DNA of 64,000 nt from Bacteroidales bacterium (GTDB lineage Bacteria; Bacteroidota; Bacteroidia; Bacteroidales; WCHB1-69). The position numbers were made by a program, and so were the translations under genes. The DNA is taken from contig JAFXTS010000019.1 of NCBI GenBank assembly GCA_017535665.1, positions 54,531 through 118,530 of the forward strand, written 5' to 3'. Positions within the stretch are counted from its first letter, which is position 1. Each line of letters starts with the position of its first letter. The notes beneath the pieces were generated by a model. It saw only the letters and a program-made list of their open reading frames with translations, did not search any database and was not told where the DNA came from. Shown here one piece after another: positions 26,066 to 35,757 of the stretch.

Positions 26066-27488
26066 AATGGCGGACATCGACAAAACCAAAGAACTGGAAA
26101 CCAAGAAGATAGGATGGCTTTTATTCGTCTATGCCCTGCCCGCCGTCATCAGCCAGATCATCGCTTCTGTGTATAACATTGCCGACCGTGCCTTCATCGG
26201 TCATGGCGTAGGGCCGTTGGCCATCGCCGGGCTGGCCATCACCATGCCGTTGATGAACATCATTCATGCTTTCGGCTCGCTGATTGGGGTGGGCTCATCG
26301 GCACGCATGTCGATTGTGCTGGGGCGCAAAGATAACCACTGGGCGGAGAAAATCCTGGGCAACAGTATGGTTTTCACGCTCGTGCTCGGCAGTATGGTCA
26401 TGCTTTCCTGCTATCTTTTCTTGGATAAAATTCTGATGATGTTCGGCGCCACCGCCGAGACGGTGAGCTATGCGCGGGAGTACATGATCATTGTTTTGCC
26501 CGGCATGTTCCTCACCACGGTCACCTTCAACCTCACGGGGTTGATTCGTGCTTCCGGTTATCCCTTCAAGGCCATGTTTATCCTGGCGGGTGGCGCCATT
26601 CTGAACCTTATCTTGGACCCGATTTTCATCTTCGTGTTCCACTGGGGCATTGCGGGGGCGGCGTGGGCTACCACTATTTCCATGACCACCACAGCTATCA
26701 TTTCCATATTGCACTTTGTACAAAAGCGGTCATTCATCCGTTTCCGGCGGCACGCATGGAAGCCGAAAGGCTATATTTTCCGCAATATCACGCTGATAGG
26801 ACTGAGTCCGTTTTTGATGAACGTGGCGGCATCGGGTGTGGTGGCGCTGTTGAACCGGCAGCTGCTGCATTACGGCGGCGACCTTGCTGTAGGCGCCTAC
26901 GGTATCGTGAACACCTTCGCCATGCTGATGGTGATGCTCATCCTGGGCGTGTGTCAGGGCATGCAGCCTATTGCCGGCTACAACTATGGCGCTGGGCACA
27001 ACGACAGACTGAAGCAGGTGTATGTGCTCACCCTGAAAGTGTGCGTAATCACCGGACTGGTGGGCAGTGTTGGCTCCTGTCTGTTCCCTGGTGCGCTGTC
27101 GCGTATCTTCACCACCGATGACACCCTCATCAACATCTGCATTCCGGCCATCCGCTACATCATGGTCATGTTCCCGCTGATTGGTTTCACCATTACCAAC
27201 TCCAACTTCTTCCAGTCGATTGACAAACCGTGGATTGCGATTGTCACCAGTCTGTCGCGGCAGGTCATCTTCCTGCTTCCGCTGGTGTATATCATCCCCT
27301 ATCTGTTTGAACAGCAGCACATCCCAGGTCTTACTGGTATCTGGATGTCGTGTACCATCTCTGATGTGATGGGGGCGGTATTGGCGGCCATTCTACTATA
27401 CCGCAACCTCAACGTCTTCCGTCCGGGCCATCGTCCCGAGCCGAAGGTGATCCACGAGGCGGGACCGAGTGAGGGCGACGAAGACTAG
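26066..27488 (+). CDS. MATE family efflux transporter
   Basis: 12 TM helices and typical MATE motifs (YNIADRAFIGHGVGPLAIAGL). The start was moved from 25731, which is antisense to the peptidase, to the ATG at 26066. Confidence 0.9.
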
Positions 27489-28273
27489 ATTCCCCAGTAT
27501 TTCTTCACGATTTTGCTCTCGATGTCGTTCTCGATGTCGTCGGGCAGGTTCGGGAAAAGGTCACGGCCGATCAGCTGTTCCAATGCATCCACCGACATGG
27601 AGGAGGCTTTCAGTTCCTGTTTCTCCGACGAGTTCTTCATCATAAAGCCGATGGCGGCGTAGTTGCCGTCACTTTCGATGAGGAAGGCCTTGAAGAACGC
27701 ATCTGGCACCGCCACCTGGTTGGCACCGATGGTGCCGTACTGATGCGTGGTGAAGACGGGGCCGCAGACGATATACACCTTGCCATACTGTTTGGCAATA
27801 CGGCGTCCCATCTTCTCGGTGCGTTCCCAGCAGCCGGCGTTACAGTCATGGTTTTGCGGACACATATTGGTAAGCAGAAAGCTCTCCAACATGGCTTGTT
27901 CGCTCCATTTCATGTCGGCGGCGGGCGCCATGTGGCCGCGGTCCCAGCCGGAGCCTTTGTAGTCGGACAGGTCGGCCTGTTTGCCTTTGCACATCTCATC
28001 CTGTGCAAAAGCATCGTTGCGGGGCAGTTCGCCAGCGGCTTCGGAATCCGTGAGTTCGTAAGCCACCCAGTTGGGGACAAGCGTGGTGTGGTTGTAGGAG
28101 GTGGTGTAGCCGATGTGACAGATGATGTCTTCATCAGACGTAAACGCCGGATATTCAAGTTTCTGTTGTGGTGGCACCGATTTTTCCGCAGTCGCATTCC
28201 GCCAACCCACACACTGGCTGGAGAGGCAGCACAAAGTCAGCGACAAAACGATTAAAAAACACAATCTTTTCAT
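27485..28273 (-). CDS. Secreted DNA/RNA non-specific endonuclease (NUC1/EndoG family)
   Basis: Signal peptide and the active-site motif GWDRGHMAPAAD. Confidence 0.88.
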   Translation of the reverse strand: MKRLCFLIVLSLTLCCLSSQCVGWRNATAEKSVPPQQKLEYPAFTSDEDIICHIGYTTSYNHTTLVPNWVAYELTDSEAAGELPRNDAFAQDEMCKGKQADLSDYKGSGWDRGHMAPAADMKWSEQAMLESFLLTNMCPQNHDCNAGCWERTEKMGRRIAKQYGKVYIVCGPVFTTHQYGTIGANQVAVPDAFFKAFLIESDGNYAAIGFMMKNSSEKQELKASSMSVDALEQLIGRDLFPNLPDDIENDIESKIVKKYWGI

Positions 28274-28301
28274 CTTAATTACCCAATTTAAATTTATGCT
28301 A

Positions 28302-28309
28302 CAAAATTA
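28302..28309 (-). promoter_or_regulatory. -7 promoter box (TAATTTTG on the minus strand) for the endonuclease
   Basis: CAAAATTA lies 29 nt upstream of the start at 28273. Confidence 0.45.
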
Positions 28310-28418
28310 CAATTTTTATTATGAAAATACACTATTTTTGCCTTGAAAATTTTCAGTTCATCAATTCCTAAAGAAGCACTTTAATAAATTATATTATTTT
28401 GTAGAAAATCAATCTATT

Positions 28419-28907
28419 ATGAAAAAAATATTATCTATCATTATTCTTGCCATCATCCTTGTTGGATGCAAAAATGAAAACCCAAAAACGGAACAAACTG
28501 CTGGCGACAACACGTCCCCTGCCCTGACCGAAACTGAAGAATTGGATGAACTGGTCAATCCTTCAGCCATTTACATTGCCATCAACCAGATTTTGGACCA
28601 AGCCATCGAAAAGATGGAAGTCGCGAAAACTACCGATGAGGTGGTTGCGGCGGCCAACCAATATTACGATGAATACTGGACGTTGGCTACGGAGAAATAC
28701 GAAGAGTGGTCAACGCAGCTGACTGATAACGAGAAGAAGCACTACAGTCTCCGCGACAAAGAGTTCGTAAAACTTATTCGGGAGAAATATATTGAGGTGG
28801 GCGGCACCAAAGAAGACCTTCGCAAGCTGCTGCACGATCTGATGATCAAGTGCATGAAATACGACACGGCACTGAAGGCGGCACATGAAGAAAACACTGA
28901 AAAATAA
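28419..28907 (+). CDS. Hypothetical helical lipoprotein
   Basis: Lipoprotein signal ILAIILVGC, then a charged, probably alpha-helical, 140-aa body. No motif recognised. Confidence 0.65.
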   Translation: MKKILSIIILAIILVGCKNENPKTEQTAGDNTSPALTETEELDELVNPSAIYIAINQILDQAIEKMEVAKTTDEVVAAANQYYDEYWTLATEKYEEWSTQLTDNEKKHYSLRDKEFVKLIREKYIEVGGTKEDLRKLLHDLMIKCMKYDTALKAAHEENTEK

Positions 28908-28924
28908 AAGTGGAGTAGCGACTG

Positions 28925-30292
28925 CTACTTTCCGATGCAAAATTTCCCAAATATTGTGTTGAGCACATCATTATCGGTGATGGTGCCGGTGAGTTGTCCG
29001 AGCTTGTCGAGCGCACTGCGCACGTCGATGGCGACAAGGTCGGTGGGAAGTCCCGTGGCAAATCCCTCCTCAATGCGGGTGATGTCGGCAGCGATGCCCC
29101 GCATCAGGTCGTAGTGACGGGCATTCGTCAGCAAAGTGTGATCTCCCGCCGCACAGGCCTCTGCATAACGAGATAGCGCCGCCAAAATGTCACTTACATT
29201 CTGCCGATTTTTGGCAGAGATAGCCAAGATTTCGGCATCTTTTATGCCCGAAATAAATTGATTTTTTTCAATTGAAGTCTTATCTATTTTATTGATAATG
29301 AGAAATATCTTTTTCTCATTTAATGAAAATTCTTCTCTTAATCGTCCCAACTCGGCGGTGACTTCCGATGGGGTTTCAGAAGCATCCACGAGATAGAGGA
29401 TCACATCGGCTTTCTCCATCGCACGGAAGCTACGCTCAATGCCCGACTGCTCGATGGTGTCGGCCGACTGCCGGATGCCTGCCGTGTCGATCACCCTGAA
29501 CTGCGTGCCCCCTACCGTGAGGGTGTCCTCCACAGTGTCGCGGGTGGTGCCGGGAATGTCGGAAACGATGGCGCGGTCATCATCCAACAAAGCATTTAAC
29601 AGCGTGGATTTCCCCACGTTAGGCTTGCCGACAATGGCGACCGGGATGCCGTTTTTGAGCGCATTCCCCGAATGGAAAGAGGCCACCAGTCGCTGCACCT
29701 CTTTCTTCAGCTCCGAAAGAAGCTGCATAAACTTCTCTCTATCAGCAAATTCTACTTCCTCCTCGCTAAAATCCAGCTCTAACTCCAACAGCGCCGCCAG
29801 CTGGATAAAACGATCGCGCAGGTCGGCAATGGTGCGCGACACCCCGCCTTTCAGCTGGTTGACCGCCAGGTGGTGGGCGCTTTCCGACTGAGAATCAATC
29901 AGATCGCCGACCGCCTCGGCCTGCGGTAAGTCCATCTTGCCGTTCATGAACGCCCGCATGGTAAACTCGCCCCGCTCGGCCAGTCGGCAACCGCCTTGCA
30001 GCAGCAACTCCAAGATTTTCTGCTGGATGTAACGGGAACCATGGCACGAAATCTCCACCATATCCTCGCCATCATACGAGTGCGGCGCGGCATACTTCAC
30101 CATCACCACCTCGTCCACCAACTGCGCGCCATCGTACAATCCGCAATAGTGGGCAGTGCGGGCAGGCCACTCTCCGAAACGGCTGTCGGCACGGGTAAGC
30201 TTCCCGACGATGTCGAAAGCCTGCGGTCCCGATACCCTGACGATAGCGATGGCACCGATGCCGGGAGCAGTGGAGATGGAGCAAATGGTCAT
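28925..30292 (-). CDS. mnmE: tRNA uridine-5-carboxymethylaminomethyl modification GTPase
   Basis: 455 aa with the G-domain GKPNVGKSTLLNAL, DTAGIR and the C-terminal CIGK motif. Confidence 0.95.
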   Translation of the reverse strand: MTICSISTAPGIGAIAIVRVSGPQAFDIVGKLTRADSRFGEWPARTAHYCGLYDGAQLVDEVVMVKYAAPHSYDGEDMVEISCHGSRYIQQKILELLLQGGCRLAERGEFTMRAFMNGKMDLPQAEAVGDLIDSQSESAHHLAVNQLKGGVSRTIADLRDRFIQLAALLELELDFSEEEVEFADREKFMQLLSELKKEVQRLVASFHSGNALKNGIPVAIVGKPNVGKSTLLNALLDDDRAIVSDIPGTTRDTVEDTLTVGGTQFRVIDTAGIRQSADTIEQSGIERSFRAMEKADVILYLVDASETPSEVTAELGRLREEFSLNEKKIFLIINKIDKTSIEKNQFISGIKDAEILAISAKNRQNVSDILAALSRYAEACAAGDHTLLTNARHYDLMRGIAADITRIEEGFATGLPTDLVAIDVRSALDKLGQLTGTITDNDVLNTIFGKFCIGK

Positions 30293-30390
30293 ATAAAGTT
30301 GAAAGTTGAAAGTTGAGAGTTAAGGAGTTAAGGTGTTAAGAAGTGAAGGAGTGAAGGAGTTAAGAAGTTAATTGAAAATTGTTAATTGTA
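30293..30390 (+). repeat. 98-nt C-free tract of tandem heptamers and octamers (AAGTTGA x3, GAGTTAAG-type x7, AATTGAA-like)
   Basis: It fills nearly the whole fabG-mnmE spacer: AAGTTGAAAGTTGAAAGTTGAGAGTTAAGGAGTTAAGGTGTTAAGAAGTGAAGGAGTGAAGGAGTTAAGAAGTTAATTGAAAATTGTTAATTG. The plus strand has no C. Confidence 0.95.
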
Positions 30391-30406
30391 CATTTTACAT
30401 TAAAAA

Positions 30407-31144
30407 CTACATTCCGCCGTCGCAGATGAGCACTTGGCCGGTGATGTAGGCGGAGAGATCGCTGGCGAGGAAGAGTGCGGTGTTGGCCACGTCTTCGGGG
30501 CGGCCGGTGCGACGCAGGGCGATGCCTTTGGCGATGGTATCGCGCACCTCCTGCGGGAGTTTTTGCGTCATGTCGGTGTCGATGAGTCCGGGGGCGATGG
30601 CATTGCACCGTATCGATCTGCTACCCAGTTCTTTGGCCACCGACTTGGTGAATCCGATGATGGCGGCTTTTGCCGCTGCATAGTTGGCCTGTCCGGCATT
30701 GCCGCCAATGGCGGTCACGGAACTCATGCTGATGATGCTACCGCTACGCTGCTTCAGCATCACCGGCTGCACCGCCTTTGTGTAGTTATATACCGACTTG
30801 AGGTTCACGCGCATCACCTCGTCCCACATCTCCTCGCTCATGCGCATCAGCAGCGTGTCGCGGGTGATACCGGCGTTGTTGACCAACACATCCACACGGC
30901 CGAACTTCTCGATACAGGTTTTCACCACCTGTTCGGCATCGGCAGATGAAGAGGCATCGGCCTGCGCAAATTGCCATTCACCGCCTATCTCTTTCAATCG
31001 CGCTTCCATTTCAGGCGAAACCGATGAGGTGCCCGTGAAAAGCACGCAGGCGCCATGTTCCAAAAATTTCTCCACAATAGCGCGCCCGATACCCCGTGTG
31101 CCACCCGTTACAATAGCGACTTTTCCTTCCAATAACATTTTCAT
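30407..31144 (-). CDS. fabG: 3-oxoacyl-[acyl-carrier-protein] reductase (SDR)
   Basis: 245 aa with TGGTRGIGRAI, NNAGI and the YAAAKAA catalytic motif. Confidence 0.88.
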   Translation of the reverse strand: MKMLLEGKVAIVTGGTRGIGRAIVEKFLEHGACVLFTGTSSVSPEMEARLKEIGGEWQFAQADASSSADAEQVVKTCIEKFGRVDVLVNNAGITRDTLLMRMSEEMWDEVMRVNLKSVYNYTKAVQPVMLKQRSGSIISMSSVTAIGGNAGQANYAAAKAAIIGFTKSVAKELGSRSIRCNAIAPGLIDTDMTQKLPQEVRDTIAKGIALRRTGRPEDVANTALFLASDLSAYITGQVLICDGGM

Positions 31145-31176
31145 TATTAAAATATTAAATTAAAAATATTCCGTTG

Positions 31177-31184
31177 CAAATTTA
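31177..31184 (-). promoter_or_regulatory. -7 promoter box (TAAATTTG on the minus strand) for fabG
   Basis: CAAATTTA lies 33 nt upstream of the start at 31144. Confidence 0.5.
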
Positions 31185-31233
31185 CGACTTTTTCTTATAT
31201 AATGCTTTGACCCCTCAAAAAACCGCAAAACGG

Positions 31234-33249
31234 CTACCGTATCAGCGTCACCGTGCCCACCGCCTCGTACTCGCCATCGCTGCCGTAAGTATAGGAAATC
31301 TTATACACATAGCAACCCGCCGGCATCAGCGTGCCGTTGTAGCCGCCATTCCAGCCCTCGTAGGGGTCGCGGGTGTGGAACACGAGATTGCCTTCCCGCG
31401 AATAGATATACATATTGTAGTTCTCCATGGTGACGAAGGAGTGGACGGGCAGAAATACCGAATTGATACCGCCCTCTTTGGGGTAGAAGGCATTCGGGAT
31501 GTACGACACAGGTAATTGTTTGAGAATGATAGTGTTGGAAACACTCTTTTCCATAAAACCATACTCATCGAACACCTCCTCGGCCTCCACGTAGTAGGAC
31601 ATCCCCTCCCCTTCTTTGCGCAATGTGGTAACATCGTCGTCGTAGTTGATGCCGCTGAGATAGCCGCCCACTTCCGAAAACACGAAGTCAGCCTCGCTCT
31701 TACGGCGCAGCCAGTAGCCGCTCACACCGCCTTGCCAGCCGTCATAGGCGTTCCAGTCGAGATGGTTGTGGCGCGTCTCCGACTCGCTGCTGCCGGTCAG
31801 CACGATGTTGTGCGCCACCTGCGACTGCTTGGTCTCCACCCCGCACTCATTTTCGATGGACGCTTTGTAATAATAGAGATTTCTATCAACCCGCAAATCT
31901 CTATCATCCAAGAAAATATAAGTATCGGTGCCATCGCTGTACTGTTCATCCAAATGAACGAAATGCTGGTCGTCGCCGACGCTGCGGTAGAGGTGAACTT
32001 TCGAGAAGGAGATCGTAGTGCCCGTAGAGACCTTGATTTCCAGATCTTTATTGTCCACCACCGACACGTAGCGAATATACACAAAGTCGTGATTGTCAGC
32101 TGCATCGAAGAGAAAACTGCAGGGTGTGGAGGAGGCGGTGATAATGTTGCCGTAGTTCACGGCACGCACGAAGCAGCGATAGTTGCTCTGCGGCACCAGT
32201 CCCGGCAGCGTGAAGGTAAGCTGCTCGCTGCTGGTCTGTCCGGCCACCTGCAGCGGACCGCCATTTTCGGAGAACAGCACCTCGTAGCTTTCCACCTCCA
32301 TCGGCATTCCCTCGTAGGCCTCCCAAGAGAGGTAGGCTTCGCGGCGGCAGAGGTCGTAGGTGGCTGTCACGCGGATGTTGTGTTGCGGGTCGCTCATGGC
32401 GCTGGAGTTGAGGCAGCTGTCGAGAGCCGCCACGCGGTATTGCTGCGTGGCAGTGGCGGGGTTAACATCATCCACCCAAGTAGTTACGCCTTCAACAGTG
32501 TCGGCCGGCACCCACAATCCGTTCTCCAGATGGTAGATGATGTAGGCGGTAACATCGGGCGAGAGGGCGGGCTCCCAGCCAAGACGGATGGTGGAGGTGG
32601 TGTAATCCACCGAAACGCTGTCGAGTTGCGGCATATCGGGTGCGGTGACATCGGAAAACAGGTCTCTCTGCACCCGCGACACGCTGCGGCAGCCGCTGGC
32701 ATCAGCCAGTTCCACGCGGTACGACAACATGCTGGAACAGATATCGATCGTGTCGCGAAAAATCAGCGCTGTGCTCCCCCCTATGGGGCTCCACACGCCG
32801 GCGGGGTATTCTCGAAAGATGTCGTATGAGGTGGCTGACGATGGCAGTGAGGGCGTATGTATTGGCGACCAACTGAGCACGGCCAGGCCGCTTCCCTGGT
32901 TGGAGAGGTAGAACTCGAGGGTGCTGAGCGTGTCGGAAAAGGCGCACTCGTTGGCCGAGCAGGCGGCCACATAATAGTAAAGCAGCGGCTGGTTGACGGC
33001 ATTGGCACCGCTGTGAAGGAACGTGGTGGTAGTCAAGCTGTTCAGCTGTCCAATCTGGTTGAAATTGGTGCCGTCTGGCGAGGCATAGATGAGGTACTGG
33101 TTGAAGCCGGTGGCATCGGCGGGCTGCAGCCACGACAGGGTGACATCGCCCGTGGCATCCACGCTGACGCAACGCAGCTGCGGCGGACTGATGCTCCAGC
33201 CCGCGACACTGCAACAGATTCCAATCGCCAATGCCAGTATCTTTTTCAC
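31234..33249 (-). CDS. Large secreted protein with Ig/FN3-like repeats and a T9SS type-B (CHU_C-like) C-terminal sorting domain
   Basis: Signal peptide, repeated beta-sandwich-like modules and the C-terminus IPNAFYPKEGGINSVFLP...YIYSREGNLVFHTRDPYEGWNG...GCYVYKI. The apparent start codon is GTG. Confidence 0.8.
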   Translation of the reverse strand: MKKILALAIGICCSVAGWSISPPQLRCVSVDATGDVTLSWLQPADATGFNQYLIYASPDGTNFNQIGQLNSLTTTTFLHSGANAVNQPLLYYYVAACSANECAFSDTLSTLEFYLSNQGSGLAVLSWSPIHTPSLPSSATSYDIFREYPAGVWSPIGGSTALIFRDTIDICSSMLSYRVELADASGCRSVSRVQRDLFSDVTAPDMPQLDSVSVDYTTSTIRLGWEPALSPDVTAYIIYHLENGLWVPADTVEGVTTWVDDVNPATATQQYRVAALDSCLNSSAMSDPQHNIRVTATYDLCRREAYLSWEAYEGMPMEVESYEVLFSENGGPLQVAGQTSSEQLTFTLPGLVPQSNYRCFVRAVNYGNIITASSTPCSFLFDAADNHDFVYIRYVSVVDNKDLEIKVSTGTTISFSKVHLYRSVGDDQHFVHLDEQYSDGTDTYIFLDDRDLRVDRNLYYYKASIENECGVETKQSQVAHNIVLTGSSESETRHNHLDWNAYDGWQGGVSGYWLRRKSEADFVFSEVGGYLSGINYDDDVTTLRKEGEGMSYYVEAEEVFDEYGFMEKSVSNTIILKQLPVSYIPNAFYPKEGGINSVFLPVHSFVTMENYNMYIYSREGNLVFHTRDPYEGWNGGYNGTLMPAGCYVYKISYTYGSDGEYEAVGTVTLIR

Positions 33250-33292
33250 AGAATGATTAACGAAAAATGTTGGAAAATAGTATAATTGGAGG

Positions 33293-33356
33293 GATTTTAA
33301 GATTTGAAAGATTAAAAAGATTTGAAAGATTAAAAAGATTTGAAGATTTGAGATGG
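33293..33356 (+). repeat. Tandem 8-9-mer array (GATTTGAAA / GATTAAAAA), C-free on the plus strand
   Basis: GATTTTAA GATTTGAAA GATTAAAAA GATTTGAAA GATTAAAAA GATTTGAA GATTTGAGATGG, including an exact 18-nt duplication. It lies between the DUF5683 stop and the next gene start. Confidence 0.9.
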
Positions 33357-33400
33357 GGTAATCTTAAGAACGACTTTTCTTTTCAAAACTCTCACCGCAA

Positions 33401-34069
33401 CTACCACCTCAGTGAAAACGCCACGCCGGCATGGGCGGGAGCCGCCAAGAAGGAGGGCTGCGCGTAAGGACGGATATGGAAAGTGAGGTCGTCGGAGATG
33501 TCGAAATAGTAAAGATGGGCATCCACGGCGGCATCGATGATGTTAAGCATATAGAATATGCCGGTGGCGGCAATGGAGATTTCCATATAACGCGTATAAC
33601 TCTGCTTCATGCTGATCAGCGTCTCATCATCATGTTTGGCCAATTCAGGTTTGAGGAGTTCGGTTTCGCCATTGGCCCGATGAAGGTACTCGTTGATATA
33701 TACTTTTCGCTCATGGCCAAAATAGCAGCACAAGGCCACTCCGCCGCCGATGCATGTATAGACGATAGGAATCTTCCAAGCCTTTTTGTTGTACACCTGT
33801 CCCGCGCCAGGCAACACCGCCGATAGGGCGATGGCGATCTTCGGGGAGTGCTTCTTCTGCAAGGCCGAGTCGGTAGTATGCACCCGCTCCACAGGTTGAT
33901 TCCCATCGGCTTTCAGAATCGCCTCGCTCTTTCCGCGTGAGGACGACTTGGCTTTCCGCACAGATTGGGTAGTATCGGTAGCCACAGGGGTATCCTGGGC
34001 AGACAATTCCATGCAGCCTGCCGTTACTATGAATATGAAAATCAGTATGATGCGAAAAATTTTCATCAT
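33401..34069 (-). CDS. DUF5683-like membrane protein
   Basis: Signal or anchor sequence, then ALSAVLPGAGQVYNKKAWKIPIVY. It occupies the usual position downstream of parB in Bacteroidota. Confidence 0.75.
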   Translation of the reverse strand: MMKIFRIILIFIFIVTAGCMELSAQDTPVATDTTQSVRKAKSSSRGKSEAILKADGNQPVERVHTTDSALQKKHSPKIAIALSAVLPGAGQVYNKKAWKIPIVYTCIGGGVALCCYFGHERKVYINEYLHRANGETELLKPELAKHDDETLISMKQSYTRYMEISIAATGIFYMLNIIDAAVDAHLYYFDISDDLTFHIRPYAQPSFLAAPAHAGVAFSLRW

Positions 34070-34078
34070 GATGAAAGA

Positions 34079-34978
34079 CTACTTTCTCGCTGAAAGCATC
34101 TTGACCAGTTCCTGCAATTGGGCATCCGACTCGAAGGGGATGGTGATTTTGCCTTTTCCAGACGGGTTACGGGTGATGCCGACACGGGTGTTGAACTGTG
34201 CGGACATGTCTTTCTTGAACTGCTGCAGTTCGTTGGAAAGTTTCACGCGGGCAGGACGTTTCTTCGGTTTCACCTCAGCAGAGAGATTCTTGGCCAACAG
34301 TTCTGTATCTCTGACCGACAGTCCTTTTTCCAAAATATCTTTCAGAATCTTGTTTTGAATTTCAGGAGTATCGAAGCCAGCGATGACGCGGGCGTGGCTC
34401 ATGGAGATGCGGCTGTCGCGCACGGCAATCTGCACATCTGTAGTGAGTTTGAGGAGACGCAAATAGTTGATGATCGTAGTTTTATCTTTCCCGACTTTAT
34501 CGCTCAGCTCGTCTTGGGTGAGGTTGCACTCGTCGAGCAGGCGGCGGAAAGACACGGCCACCTCGATGGCGTTGAGGTCTTCGCGCTGGATGTTTTCCAC
34601 GAGGGCCATCTGGATGGACATGACCTCATCGACCGAGCGCACGAAAGCGGGTATCTCGGTGAGACCTGCGAGTTTGGAGGCGCGCCAGCGACGCTCACCG
34701 GAGATAATCTGGTAGCGACCGTTGGCGATGGGACGCACGGTGATGGGCTGAATAAGACCATAGGTCTTGATGGACTGAGCCAACTCGTTCAGTGCGGCCT
34801 CATCGAAATCCACACGCGGCTGACCGGGGTTGACTTCGATGGCATCGACGTGAATCTTGGTGTTGGAGTCCGCCTTCACGCGGGCAGCAGAGTTGGCGGC
34901 CAATACCGAATACTCGTTAGCGCCGAGCAATGCGCCGAGGCCCTTGCCCAATTTTCCTGTATTGTTCTTGCGGTCCAT
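34079..34978 (-). CDS. parB: Chromosome partitioning protein ParB
   Basis: GLGALLG, the ParB box IQPITVRP...YQIISGERRWRAS and an HTH region. Confidence 0.93.
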   Translation of the reverse strand: MDRKNNTGKLGKGLGALLGANEYSVLAANSAARVKADSNTKIHVDAIEVNPGQPRVDFDEAALNELAQSIKTYGLIQPITVRPIANGRYQIISGERRWRASKLAGLTEIPAFVRSVDEVMSIQMALVENIQREDLNAIEVAVSFRRLLDECNLTQDELSDKVGKDKTTIINYLRLLKLTTDVQIAVRDSRISMSHARVIAGFDTPEIQNKILKDILEKGLSVRDTELLAKNLSAEVKPKKRPARVKLSNELQQFKKDMSAQFNTRVGITRNPSGKGKITIPFESDAQLQELVKMLSARK

Positions 34979-34983
34979 AGTGG

Positions 34984-35757
34984 TTAAATTTCGTACCCGT
35001 TGTTGTCGAGAATCTCCTTGGCGAGATTGATGTAGTTGGTGGTACCTTTCGACTGGATGTCGTAGGCGATGATGGGTTTACCGTGACTGGGAGCCTCGCT
35101 GAGGCGGATGTTACGGGCGATGATGGTGTTGAAGACAATGCCGCGGCAGTGCTGCTGCACATCCTCCACGACGGCGTTGGCCAGTTTGAGGCGGGAGTCG
35201 TACATGGTGAGGAGGATGCCCTCAATAGTGAGGTTGGGGTTCATGCCGTTCTGGATGAGCCGCACGGTGTTGAGCAACTGTCCGAGTCCTTCGAGGGCGA
35301 AATATTCGCACTGAACGGGGATGATGACCGAGTCGGCGGCGACAAGGGCGTTGATGGTGAGCGTTCCGAGCGACGGCGCACAGTCGATGATGATGAAGTC
35401 ATACTGGTCTTTCAGTTCCTCGAGGCAGTCGCGCATACGGAAGTCCTTGCGGTCCATGTTGATCATCTCCACTTCCGCGCCCACGAGGTCGATGTTGGCG
35501 GGGAACAGGTCGAGGTTGGGGGTGTTGGTATGGAGGATGACATCGCGCACGTTGGCGTTGCCGATCATGCAGTCATACACGCTAGTCTCGATCTCGCTCC
35601 CGTCGAAGCCGACGGCGGAGGTGGCGTTGGCCTGCGGGTCGGAGTCGATAAGAAGGCTCTTATGCTCCAGCACGGCCAGCGATGCTGCGAGGTTGACAGC
35701 GGTGGTGGTCTTCCCTACTCCACCCTTTTGGTTAACGACAGCGATAATCTTTCCCAT
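34984..35757 (-). CDS. parA: Chromosome partitioning ATPase ParA/Soj
   Basis: Deviant Walker A motif NQKGGVGKTTTAVNLA. 257 aa. Confidence 0.93.
   Translation of the reverse strand: MGKIIAVVNQKGGVGKTTTAVNLAASLAVLEHKSLLIDSDPQANATSAVGFDGSEIETSVYDCMIGNANVRDVILHTNTPNLDLFPANIDLVGAEVEMINMDRKDFRMRDCLEELKDQYDFIIIDCAPSLGTLTINALVAADSVIIPVQCEYFALEGLGQLLNTVRLIQNGMNPNLTIEGILLTMYDSRLKLANAVVEDVQQHCRGIVFNTIIARNIRLSEAPSHGKPIIAYDIQSKGTTNYINLAKEILDNNGYEI

Noticed and set aside
30293-30390. Possibility that the short tandem arrays are CRISPR arrays
   Set aside because: The units are only 7-9 nt and directly abut with no unique spacers. No cas genes are present.
31516-32829. 437-aa ORF on the plus strand
   Set aside because: It is antisense to the T9SS type-B cargo gene. 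Its composition is low-complexity and Ala/Gly/Val/His-rich.
33267-33467. 66-aa ORF translating as RFERLKRFERLKRFEDL
   Set aside because: The periodic peptide is the translation of the GATTTGAAA tandem array. There is no independent coding evidence.
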